Assembly (NCBI RefSeq): GCF_006345805.1
Contig: NC_042997.1
Span: 8,122,001 to 8,186,000, forward strand
Direction: 5' to 3'
DNA from: Octopus sinensis
Taxonomy: Eukaryota
DNA length: 64,000 bases
The translations under genes were made by a program, and so were the position numbers. This document shows, in pieces, positions 1-10,827 of this stretch. Below the pieces are notes generated by a model. It had not been told where the DNA came from and made no database searches. It saw nothing but the letters and a program-made list of their open reading frames with translations. The stretch's first letter is position 1. Every line of letters begins with the position of its first letter.

Positions 1-404
1 GGCAAGATCAGCAAAGACATCCTCCTCCTGCAAGACAATGCTCCGGTCCACAACTCGTGTCGCCAGATTAGAAGCACAGGCGTGCGGCTATGAGCTCATC
101 TCCCATCCCCCCTACTCTCCTGACCTTGCACCCTCTGATTTTCACCTCTTCCCAGCCATGAAGTTGTTTTTGAAAGGAAAGCGTTTCCCAGATGATGCAG
201 CCTTGATTTCTGAAGTCACGTCGTGGTTGGAGGACCAAGCTGGGGTCTTCTACAAAAACGGTCTTCAGAGCTGCATCAAACGATGGGAGAAATGCGCAAC
301 TCTGGGTGGTTCCTATGTGTTAAAAGACTAATAACTGTTCCAAGTTTCGTTGCTCTACAGCTATGGGAATTGGGTCAGGGACATTACTTATTGAACGCCC
401 CTCG
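1..404 (+). mobile_element. mariner (DD34D) transposon, 3' end, frameshifted
   Basis: LLLQDNAPVH...HPPYSPDLAPSDFHLF motifs (D34D spacing if a 2-nt deletion near position 58 is restored). 3' TIR ...CATTACTTATTGAACGCCCCTCG ends at 404, followed by TA. Same family as 54823-56038. Confidence 0.93.
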
Positions 405-406
405 TA

Positions 407-1530
407 AAATCAAAGTAGCTACTAATCTCTCTGCAGTAGACTATTTAGACGTGTTACTAGATCTAAATACTTCATCTTATAAACTTTTATAAACAGAACG
501 AGAAGCTTACATATAATAGATATATAATAGATATGTCACCCTCCCTCTATATTAAAAAAAAACTGGTAACCAAAATTAGTAGAGTGTCGAACCTCTCTTC
601 TTCTATAATAAGGCCCTACTCGATAGTGGGTGTAAAGATAAGTTAACATATAACCCCTCTAACATACAAATCATGATAACGAGGATAGATATAGTAGTAC
701 CAAAGATAATGTAGTACATAAACATGCTAACATTAAATAATTTTGTTCGCCCCTCGCGAGAAAAGACTATATTGGATTATTGAAGGAGAGTTTAAAAAGC
801 GTTATGCCACCCACATAGTCTCCTTCTGACATAAGGACAGCCAGCCACGGGTGAGCTTTGAAAGAGAATAAAATGCCATATAATCGAAAAATCAACACCT
901 TTGCTTGGCTGAAAGAGCGCAAATACTGCTCTGATTAAATATCCACAAATCAATATTGAACTAGAGGGCTGAAATTTTCAGTAATCGCGAACACAGGCAA
1001 AATAGTATTTTGAAGAACCTGACAATCCCACCCATCTCAGTTCGATTTGACATCGCCCCCGACATAATTACTTAAAGACTAAGGAAATTAAATCACTTAC
1101 TACTATAGTCTTTCCTCTCTTTATTTTAGTATTTGTTAGGTTTATTTTTTATCCTTTATATTATTTATACTTCATAAATTTTATAAATTTTTACATTCCC
1201 AACATTCTTATATTTATACCTTTAAATTCCTACTTTATATTTTATACATTTATTTCTCATATACTTTTTTTACTCTCCTTGCACAATTTCCATTTAATTG
1301 AAATTAATTTCATATTTGCGTTTACATCAGTCACCTGGATTCACTTTCCGGTTATAAGTCGGGATTTTCTATATGCTATCATTTTATCAGTAGTTTTAAC
1401 GTATTCTCACGTCTCAGGCCATATTTAAAGTTCTTAGTTGAGCACGAAGAGTGCTATGCACCTGAAGAATATATTTAGATTTTCAGACACGGGAAACTAT
1501 TTGTAGCGCCCAAATATATGGAATGTGATT
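407..1530 (+). mobile_element. Penelope-like element fragment (RT C-terminus + GIY-YIG + 3' pLTR), degenerate
   Basis: KIKVATNLSAVDYLDVLLDLNTSSYK (PLE RT thumb region); YIGL.EGEFKKRYATH (~765-820, GIY-YIG); LCLAER (~900). Many stops and frameshifts. Hammerhead-like motif near the 3' end. Confidence 0.78.
1458..1509 (+). ncRNA. degenerate type-I hammerhead ribozyme motif in Penelope 3' region
   Basis: GCAC-CTGAAGA-(24 nt)-GAAAC-tattt-GTA-GCGC. Core intact, stem I has one mismatch, stem II is poorly paired. Confidence 0.5.
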
Positions 1531-1610
1531 CTTAACAACAATAGTTGATTCTCACCAGATGAATTATACCACGAACCAATACATTATATGTGTGTGTGTT
1601 TGTTTGTGTT

Positions 1611-1658
<48 letters not shown>

Positions 1659-1821
1659 CGTGTATGTGTGTGTATGTGTGTGTGTGTGATGTATTGGTTC
1701 CTGGTATGATTCAAGAAAGAGAGCACTCCATCTGGTGAGAGTCAAATATTGCAGTTTAAGGATCACAATACATATCTTCGGGTGCTACTAAGTTTTTTTT
1801 CGTGTTTTCTCTTCTTTCCAG

Positions 1822-1930
1822 GTTATTTCGCATGCTTTCAACGAATGTGACATCGAAATAACGCGTGAATGGCTAATTTCTCCAGAGAAGGAAAGATTTG
1901 AGTGCTACTTCTTGCACGTCCTGCTACCAC
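1822..1930 (+). CDS. candidate internal exon, unknown protein (VISHAFNECDIEITREWLISPEKERFECYFLHVLLP)
   Basis: Strong acceptor ttttctcttctttccAG and strong donor cac|GTAAGA. Only one frame is open. No homology recognised. Confidence 0.35.
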
Positions 1931-2663
1931 GTAAGAAGTGTTTCGGGTTCTTTATCACAAATGCCTGTTACGTGGTAGGAGGGCGTGCTAGAAATAACAC
2001 CCAGATCTTTGGAGCTAACATACGTTGCATGCACACCAAAATAATTTTGTAATGGAATTCATTTAGAGCGATCTTTCGCTTTGACTCTCAGAACTGTCAC
2101 TTTGACTCTCAAGACTGTCATGCAGAGCAGCTGGTTTCCTTGGTTAATTTCCATAAAATTTTATTTCTTTACTTTTGTTTTAAAGTGAAAGAGACGAGAA
2201 AGTGCAAGATGTATGAATGTATATATGAAATGGACGGGTGTGCGTGTGTGTGTGCATGTGAAGTAGAGAGAAAGAGAGAACCTCGTATACATACATGAAA
2301 ACTCACACATTCACTCACTTTCTCTCTGTCTTTCACACACACACACAAGCACACGTACATACAAAAAAGGTATACGCATATGTATTGATGTATGTACTAT
2401 AAATGACAACACACCCCTTCATTACTCTCTCTCTCTCTCTCTTTATTCTCTCTTCCTCTCATTTTCTCTTTCTCTCTCTCTTTACTCTCTCTTCCTCTCA
2501 CTTTCTCTTTCTCACTCTCTCTCTCTTCCACACACGTCCATTTCATATACACGTACATCTTTCAACCTCTCCTCTCTTTCACTTTAAAACAAAAGTAAAT
2601 AAATAATATGTTTTTACGGAAATTACCAAACTACTTAAAGAAAGCTAAAATAAAAATACTTAC

Positions 2664-2711
2664 TGTAGAAACAACTCACAATTTTTAGATCACATTCATT
2701 TAGAAATATTT
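2664..2711 (-). CDS. candidate 48-nt phase 1-1 exon (xIFLNECDLKIVSCFY)
   Basis: Minus-strand donor GTAAGT, acceptor atcatttAG, frame-preserving length. Confidence 0.22.
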
Positions 2712-4607
2712 CTAAATGATTAAAATATTGTGTACGTCTAAAAGTCGATATTTTGTCTCTCTCTTAGAGAGCGCGAAGACTATATGTGTATATGTCACAG
2801 AAAGCGGGTGTGTGTTTGTGCTGACTAACACGCTATGACATTCACTATATGTTCATGTATTCTGTATGTGTGTATGTGCGTTGACATCAGGGAAGCCATA
2901 TCATTTTCGTGAAAACGTTACAAACAATAATTGTGTTTAATCGTTTTCTTTAATAAATGGAGGTCCAAATATCACAAAACATTTTACTGTACTGCCAAAC
3001 GTAAGTATGAAAATAAATATGTAAAGCAAATTAAGATAAAATATACAATTTCTGAGATATTTGGGTTAACACAAACATCTAGAGTTTTAGCATTATTAAG
3101 ATATATGGTGTAACGTTATAAATAACCTTCCTTCCTACTTTACATATGCATATTAACAAATCTATACATATATACATGCATGTACAGAAATGAAAATGTA
3201 TGTGTACATGTGTGTGTTGGTAGGCAGTTCGGTAGGGAAGAAGGTTTATACGCAGGTAGATATTTAGCTATTAAAAGATAGAATGATAAACCTGTATTCC
3301 AGAATAAATGTCTGTCTTTAGGGCTTCGTGAATGTAATTTTTGTGTAAGTTTTTTTTTTTATATATTACATGTATGACTATTATTTCTGTAAAAAAAAAA
3401 TATCACGAGCACTCCCTAATATTGAAAAGTTGTCTTGCATGAATTGACTGGCAGTACGCCAACAGAGTAGAATTGTAACTGTCAGTCACGGTTGTCATAA
3501 GGATCATTGAATTATGAAGAAAACCAACCAAGACAGCAATTCTTCTAGCCTAAAAGTAAATACATTACATATAACTATATAACTAAAAGAGATATAAGAT
3601 TCAAATCTGAAGTTGAAATGGCGCACATAAATTCGGACAAATTTTATTCACATATAAAAAGTTAAAAAGTATTCCATCAGCGGTACGAGAGGAAAACTGT
3701 GTATGAATGTATAAGTGTAAAATTGGAAGAATATAAACTTTATGTGTGTATACGCTTGTGCTTGGGTTCTTTTGCAAGTTATTCTTCAATGTTCATTACT
3801 CTATTCCATACTAGGTTATATTTCCCGTAAATATCCTTGAAAAGCATAATGTGTATGTGAGCGTGCGTGTGAGTGTGTGTGGGTGTGTGTGAGAGAGAGA
3901 GAGAACATTTGTATGTGAGTGAGTAATTTTATGATAGGTAAGACAGCAAAATATTCATACATATAAAGAAATACATATCTATTATATATCTATTATACAG
4001 GCATTTATTTTTAGGTATGTATTTATATTTGTATATATGCATGCATGTATGCATAATTTTGCATATAAATGTAACTACACACATATATATACATATGTTT
4101 GTGTCTGTGAGATCATGTGTGTATATATGTATACGTGTATACATAAGTGAATATATGACTACGTACATCATGTCGATTGCTAGCACTATTGTCAATTGAA
4201 AAATTGATTTATAAATGATAGAATCTAGATGGAAAACAAACTCACAGAATAATAATAATTAGCGTTACATTGATAAACAATGCACCTGTACGAATTCCTA
4301 TGTTGTTTATACTATATTATTTGACTTTCTTATTCTTCCCGCTAACATTTAATCTGATTTCCAGAATATAATCTTGTATAAGTATGCAGTGTAGTGTAAA
4401 AAGAACATCTGTTTTTATCAGGTTATCTTCTCCAAGATTATACATAATCGTTGTTCTGAACTCCTTCCTTCAAAACCATGTCATTCTTCTAACAATTCTC
4501 TCTCAACTCTCAGATTGCCCTTTTCTTTTTTTCTAACGCTTCCGAATCTCAGCCAATATTCTGACTCCATTCATACAACCAAATATGTACGTATACGTGT
4601 ATATATG

Positions 4608-4609
<2 letters not shown>

Positions 4610-4641
<32 letters not shown>

Positions 4642-4690
4642 TGTATGTATGTATGTATGTATGTATGTATGTAGGTAGGTAGGTAGGTAT
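4610..4690. repeat. (TATG)n/(TAGG)n microsatellite
   Basis: Direct inspection. Confidence 0.95.
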
Positions 4691-5153
4691 TTAAGTATGT
4701 ATGTATGAATATATATATACATGTATATGTGTATGTGTATGTAGGAAATGTATGTATGTACATATGCACGTATGTTTGTGGGAAGGTCAGGAAGTAGTAA
4801 AGTAGATACATGTATATATGTGTGAATATACATGTATACAGATGCATATATGTAACAATGCAAACACATACAAGCATGTGTGAAAGTGCTTTTACAGTTG
4901 TAATAGCATCTGTGTATACACGTCTGAAAGTATGAATATATACATACATTCACACAAATACGCATATATATATATGAGTGTGTACTTATATATGTATATC
5001 TATATGATTGCATGTGTGTATATATATATACATATAATAAATGTATGGCTATATATATACACATATCCATCTATACATACATACATACATATAGTATTAT
5101 AGAGTTCAAGTCAAATTACGTATAATGACGTACTCTAGTAGTTATATACAAAA

Positions 5154-5320
5154 AGGTGCAGCCGTGGCTGTGTAGTAAGAATCTTGCTTCCCAACCACAT
5201 AGTTCTGGGTTCAATCGCATTGCATGTTACATTAGGTAAAAATCTTCTACTATCTCCTCTGGTCGACCAAAGACTTGTGAGTGGTTTTGATAGACTGAAA
5301 CTGAAAGACGCAATTCGTAT
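5154..5320 (+). mobile_element. tRNA-derived SINE, family A (5' part)
   Basis: tRNA-like head GTGGCTGTGTAGTAAG...GGGTTCAATC (A/B-box-like). Homologous to the reverse-strand copies at 48680-49143 and 34855-34975. Confidence 0.82.
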
Positions 5321-5481
5321 AGATATATATATACATATATATCAATAATAAGAAAGGGTAAAATTAATTAAGCTGTAATGAATAATTTCACCAAATAGAA
5401 TTCGGCATGAAAAAGGACCATTTCACGGTAAACCTAAATAATACTTTTATAATTAGGGTTCAGCAAAGATTTGCTTTACCA

Positions 5482-5732
5482 CATACCGAAGTTTAGAAAT
5501 AGCATCCAAAGAACCTTAGCTATTTCCTCTACTTTTAAAAGGGTCACCCGGAAAAAACAAAGTACTCGAAAACAATTCACTCTCAGGCAAAAAGGAAAAA
5601 GAACGAAAATCAATCCATATTTGATTACCCATGTACGCGTTTCGAGTACTTTGTTTTTTTTTTCCGGGAGTTCCTTTTTAAAGTAGAGGAAATAGCTAAG
5701 GTTCTTTGGCTGCTATCTCTAAACTTTGTATG
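5482..5732. repeat. imperfect foldback, ~90-bp arms (5482-5571 / 5640-5732)
   Basis: AAGTTTAGAAATAGC...CCTTAGCTATTTCCTCTACTTT...AAGTACTCGAAA recurs in inverted orientation. A diverged relative lies at ~23520-23640. Confidence 0.85.
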
Positions 5733-5748
5733 TATATGTATATATGTA

Positions 5749-5791
<43 letters not shown>

Positions 5792-5820
5792 TATTATATA
5801 TATATATATATTATATATAT

Positions 5821-5947
5821 ATATATAATATATATATATATATATAAAATATTATTAGAGACAAAACCACTATTTTGCAAAACAAACAAGGAAAGACTTA
5901 ATCAATACATAAAATTTTAATAAATAGTCAAAAACACCGCCACTACA

Positions 5948-5950
<3 letters not shown>
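5821..5950 (-). repeat. short remnant of hammerhead-bearing repeat family 1 between (TA)n tracts
   Basis: GAGACAAAACCACTATTTT...AAGGAAAGACTTAATCAATACATAAAATTTTAAT...CCGCCACTACAA is shared with 22381-22470 and 42625-42725. Confidence 0.85.
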
Positions 5951-5982
<32 letters not shown>

Positions 5983-6074
5983 CTTAGATAAAACTTAGAT
6001 ATGTTTCGACCAATGATTGGTCCAGGACATGTCTAACTTAATAGCACCACCTGATAGGATTATTCGAATCCTGT

Positions 6075-8900
6075 TTAAGTCAAAATTTTGTTTATGGTCC
6101 ATTCAAGTAGTGAGTTTTTGTTGGGTGAGTCGTATCCAATTATGGGTGGCTTATCTGGTATTCCTTGAAGGAATCTATCCAGACTCCGTTTAAAGTTGAT
6201 GGGATCCTGTTCCTCTTTGATCTCTTTCGGGACAATGTTAAATAGGGCAGGGCCTGTTGAGGAAAAGAAATTATGTTGTAGTGTACATGTATTCTGTGAT
6301 CTTGAATTGGGCAGGGGACGTATGGCCCGTGGTCCCAGTCTTCGATGAAACTTGAAGCTAATGTTCAGGTTGTTTGGACAAAGTTAGCGGTATATTCTCC
6401 ACATCGTACAAATGATGTACCGCTCACGGCGACGCTGGAGAGAGTAGAGTTTCAAGGCTTTAAGGCGATCCCAATAATCGAGAGCAGCCATGCCTTCAAT
6501 TCGTTTAGCGAGTGCTCTCTGGGGTGATTCAAATTTCGAGATGTTTTGTCTTGTATGGAGAGACCACAGTGGGCAGCGGTATTCGAGGTGTGGCCGTACA
6601 AAGGAGGAGAAAAGTGGTATGATGAAACCTTGTACTCTGGACCGGAAAATTCTTAAATCCAGGAACTCATCCTACGAGCTATATCGACATTCTTGTTGAT
6701 GTGTGCACTCCAACTGAGATCCTCATCCACAATTACACCCAGGTCTCTGATATTGTTAGAGGCTGCGAGCGGTTCCCCTGAAGGAAGAGACTATGGCTGT
6801 TTTAGTGAAGTTTTTCTTCCAAAATGCATCAGCTCAAATTTTCCCTCGTTCAGTTGCATTTTGTTTCTGTCTGCTCATTGACTCACAGCATATAGATCAG
6901 ACTGGAGTTGAGTTCGGTCTGCTTCTTCATTGACGATTTGCTGGAGCTTAGTGTCATCAGCAAATATTTTCACTTTGCAGTAATGTACGACACTGGAAAG
7001 GTCGTTTATGTACATTATGAAGAGTAGCGGACCCAAGACAGTCCCCTGGGGGACACCGCTGGTGACTTTTGCTGGACTTGAGTGGACTCCATCAACTACA
7101 ACATGTTGTGTTCTATTCGCCAGGAAATACTTGATCCAGTGTAGAAGTTTTCCACGGATTCCAACATTTGCCAATTTTGGGAGTAGGATATTATGGTCTA
7201 CCCTGTCGAACGCTTTACTGAAGTCAAGGTATATGACATCAGAGTTCGAACCTGTTCCCAAGGCTTTGAGTACATCTTCAATGTGGTGTAAGAGCTGTGT
7301 TAGACAGTCCCTGCCACAGCGAAAGCCATGTTGATTTGCATTTAGGAGTTTGTGGATCTCCAGGAAGTCAGCTATCCTTGATCTTAACACTATTTCAAAG
7401 ACTTTGACGATGTGGGAGGTGAGTGAGATTGGGCGATAGTTGAGTGCGAGGGATCTGTTTCCCTGTTTGAAAACCGGAATGACTGACTGGGATAGAAACT
7501 ATTTCGGTATATAAACTGCATGTAACGAATTTCTACAGAGGTTGGTCAGAGGGACTGCAGGTTAGTGTCTACATTCCTTCAGGAGATTAGCCGGGAATCT
7601 ATCAGAGCCTACAGCAGAGTAGTATTTGACCTCAGTTATGGCTGCTATGATGTTAGTGGCAGTGAAGGTTATGTCTGAGATTTTATGTTGAGAGTCAACT
7701 TCGTTCACTTCTCTTACGTCAATATCAGTATTGTTTCTGCAGTATTTCTGCCATTTCTTTAGCATCGTGTTGGGGAATGCCGTTATCATCAATCAATGGC
7801 CCAATGGGTGAGACAGTGGTTCTATGCTTATTTGCATAAGAATAGAACACTTTTGGGTTATGTTTGATGTTTTTGATTACCCACTGTTCCTCCACATCTC
7901 TTTGATTTTCAATGGAGATTTTCATGTCGTTCTGCAGATGAAGTTTTTCCAGCTCTAGCCTTTTCATTGTTGTTGAATGTGGATGTTGTATGTGGGAATA
8001 TTTTAATTGGTTGATGTTTTTTGTTTAGTCTTTTGATGCGCCTGATGAGTTGTTTTTCTTTTTAGGGAGCCGGTTTCTGTTTGTGTTAGTAGATTTCGTG
8101 GGAGCGTGTTTAGAGCATGTATAGGTGACAATGTTTTCAAAGTGCTGCCATGCAGTCTCAATATGGGTGGAATTGAGAGTAAAAGACCAGTCGATGAAAG
8201 ACAGATCTTTTCTGATTGCTCCCCAGTCTGCTTTGTGGAAGTTTATGTTGTCAAATGAGTGCCATGGAGTGGGATTGGCTGGTTTGGTTTTTATATGTCG
8301 GGAATTAAAATTGCAGAGTACCATGTCGTGGTCTGAGAGGAGAGTTTTTTTCAACTGAAATATTGTGAACGAAGCTAGAGTGATTGGTCAATACCAGATC
8401 CAAGACCGTTTTATTCTGTCTCGTTGGTTCGAGCACTAGCTGAGTCAGGAAGTATTCATCCATTAGATTAAAGAGTAGTTCTGCTGCTGCTCTATCTGAT
8501 GTAGAGCATTTGCCTAACTTCAGAGTATTTGTGGGCCAGTTCACATGAGGGAGGTTAAAATCACCCATCACTAGTGTGTTTCCGGAGTTGTACTTCCTAA
8601 GGAAGGACTTGACTTGCTAAGGCAATCTTCAAAGCACTTTAGAGGTGCTTGGGGAGGCTTGTAAAAACCAACAATGATGAAACAATGGTGAAATCTTTTA
8701 TTTTCACCTCGGCGTCCATATGGGTGTTGTTCAGGTGAGTCTCGGTAAGGATAAAGAAAGGGAATTAATGTGCTGTTTCGGCAAGCCAACTCTCTATATA
8801 TGGGATCTTCCATTTTGGGGCAATAATTGATGGGTTGATGCCACGTACATTTAACAGGAATGTCGAGGTAAGGGAAGTTTGATGTTTGCATTGTTCTAAG
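6075..8900 (-). pseudogene. LINE ORF2 (AP endonuclease + reverse transcriptase), frameshifted
   Basis: APE: NVRGI, LTETHL, MGDFNLP, EPTR..VLDLVLTN, SDH. RT: NYRPISLTS, NQHGFR, YLDFSKAFDRVDH, GVPQGTVLGPLLF, FADDTK. C-terminal GPALFN..FKRSLDRFL. Multiple stops and frameshifts, plus an internal APE deletion. Confidence 0.93.
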
Positions 8901-9148
8901 TTGTGTTTTATGTTGTTCAGTGGTAACAATGTGGGTAGTGCTTGTATGGAGCTGTGTGTGTGTGTGATTTTCTTGTTGGTAGAGGGTGTGTGGTCCTTGT
9001 GATTAGCATGGGTGGTTGCTGATAGCTCGTTGGATCTCCTGGCTTAGGTCGGCCTTCATATTTTCTAGGTAAGTCAGTAAAACAGAGTTACCTCTTTGGT
9101 ATGCCACTTGGTCAGAGGATACATATTTCATGTTTATGTTATTTGTTG

Positions 9149-10081
9149 TTATGGTTTTTCGTGGTTCTGTCTTCGTTGTTTGATTGTAGGAGGGGAAACA
9201 TGGGTGTATTTTGTTTTTATTGTTGTCGAAGATCTCTGTTGCTGTTTATACTTATTTTGCGATCGTTTTGTGCCCTTCAGATGGTGGTGGTTGCATTCTG
9301 GGTTCAGGCACATCCTTAGTGACACAGAAGTTTGGCACAGTTTAGTATGGACGAAGGTGCATCCATTGCCTTTTGTACATCCATATTTGGGATCAGGACC
9401 ATGGACTCTGTATTTAGGACAGTGTTTGGGGTGGAGGTGAGGGCAGTTTTTTCCCGTTATACCATATGGACAGGTACCCTTAACAAGTCTACGACATAAG
9501 GTAGGATGGAAAAAAGCACAGCATCCCTTGTTGTTGGTGCCAAATCTACGGCAGGGTGTTTGATATGGGTGTAGTGGGGATTTTTCTATTCTGGCTATAG
9601 TAGCAGTAGCAGAGTATTGTTGTTGCTGTAGCAGCAGTGAAACTTGACTTGCAACAGCAGGGCTAGGTGGAATCGGGTCAGGTACTGGTGATGTAGTAGC
9701 AGAAGCAGGCTTCTGCTGTTGTGATAATGAGTCCTGTAGAATGAGGTCAGATGTGTGTTGCTGGCTATCGGCTCGTTGAAGTGACTCCTGACCTGTTGGA
9801 GTTGGATAATTTGGTGCACTACATTCATTGACAAGGATGGCTTCTAGTGTTGCCATGTGCGTGTGGAGAATAAGAAATATTCTTACAATTTCTTTTATTT
9901 TATTTTCGATCTGTTTTACAGATCTGTGAAAAGATTTTGCTAATTTTTCAGCTATTTTACTGTAAACATTAGCTTCATTGTGGTGAGTGTACCGAGCGTT
10001 TATCATTGCAGTGATTTCATTTTCAGCCCAGTGGCGTTTTTGAATATTATTGGCCATATTCAGTGGGGCAGTATTATACAC
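9149..10081 (-). CDS. LINE ORF1: N-terminal Myb/SANT-like helix bundle + tandem CCCH-type Cys/His repeats
   Basis: 310-aa open frame. WAENEITAMI...YSKIAEKL...RSVKQIENKIK; repeated C-x(n)-C-x(3-5)-C-x3-H(P/T)xxC units. The true C-terminus may continue past a premature stop. Confidence 0.8.
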   Translation of the reverse strand: MYNTAPLNMANNIQKRHWAENEITAMINARYTHHNEANVYSKIAEKLAKSFHRSVKQIENKIKEIVRIFLILHTHMATLEAILVNECSAPNYPTPTGQESLQRADSQQHTSDLILQDSLSQQQKPASATTSPVPDPIPPSPAVASQVSLLLQQQQYSATATIARIEKSPLHPYQTPCRRFGTNNKGCCAFFHPTLCRRLVKGTCPYGITGKNCPHLHPKHCPKYRVHGPDPKYGCTKGNGCTFVHTKLCQTSVSLRMCLNPECNHHHLKGTKRSQNKYKQQQRSSTTIKTKYTHVSPPTIKQRRQNHEKP

Positions 10082-10786
10082 TATACTTTAGTTATTGATG
10101 GTTTGATGTATAATAGTGAATACACCGTTGAAAAGTTTGTGTCGATATATTCGGAAATGCGTGGCTATATCTGTGTTTGTGTGGAAGAGTTCAGTGTATT
10201 TAGTACAAATCAGGATGAGCGGTGAGTTTAATACAGATCAGGGAAAAAGAATTGTACTCACTTGACTAGTTTTAGAACTAGTTTTGGCATTAGTTTTGGT
10301 TTATATTTCTTTCTCCAGGTTGTATATAGATTTGTATAAATTTATCCTTCGATGGTAGTAAAAGAGTAGAATAGTAGAATTGAAGAATTCAAAAGTACTG
10401 GGACTAAAAACAAGGAGAACTTCTGCTGGCTTAAGTTGAAATATGCTTCTTTGGCTACTGACTTTCACCGGAGCTATGAAAAGTACGTCTTGTCATGACG
10501 AATGCCTGCTGTATATATATATACACATATATATGCATTATGTACATATATATATATATGTGTGTGAGAGTGTGAGAGAGGGAGAGAGGGAGAGCGGGAG
10601 AATTTATCTGTATGCATATGGCCATATATATGATTGTGTGTGCCCACACACACATGTATACACGTATATGAATTTGTATGTATTTATCGCTGTTCCTTTG
10701 TTTTAGTAGTTGTGTCTGTGCTTAAGTGAATATGGGTGTGCGTATGTGTAAATGTATGCATGAATGTATGTATGAATGAGGGTATT

Positions 10787-10827
<41 letters not shown>

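Larger units (their letters stand above)
5980..10511 (-). mobile_element. near full-length CR1-clade LINE (ORF1 + APE-RT ORF2), decayed
   Basis: ORF1, APE and RT motifs in order on the minus strand. 3' stem-loop and short tandem tail (TATCTAAGTT)x2 at 5980-6030. Both ends abut (TA)n. Confidence 0.92.

Noticed and set aside
5980-6035. GACCA/TGGTC-GAAAC stem-loop resembling a hammerhead 3' half
   Set aside because: No CUGANGA core or cleavage triplet. Better explained as the LINE 3' recognition stem-loop.
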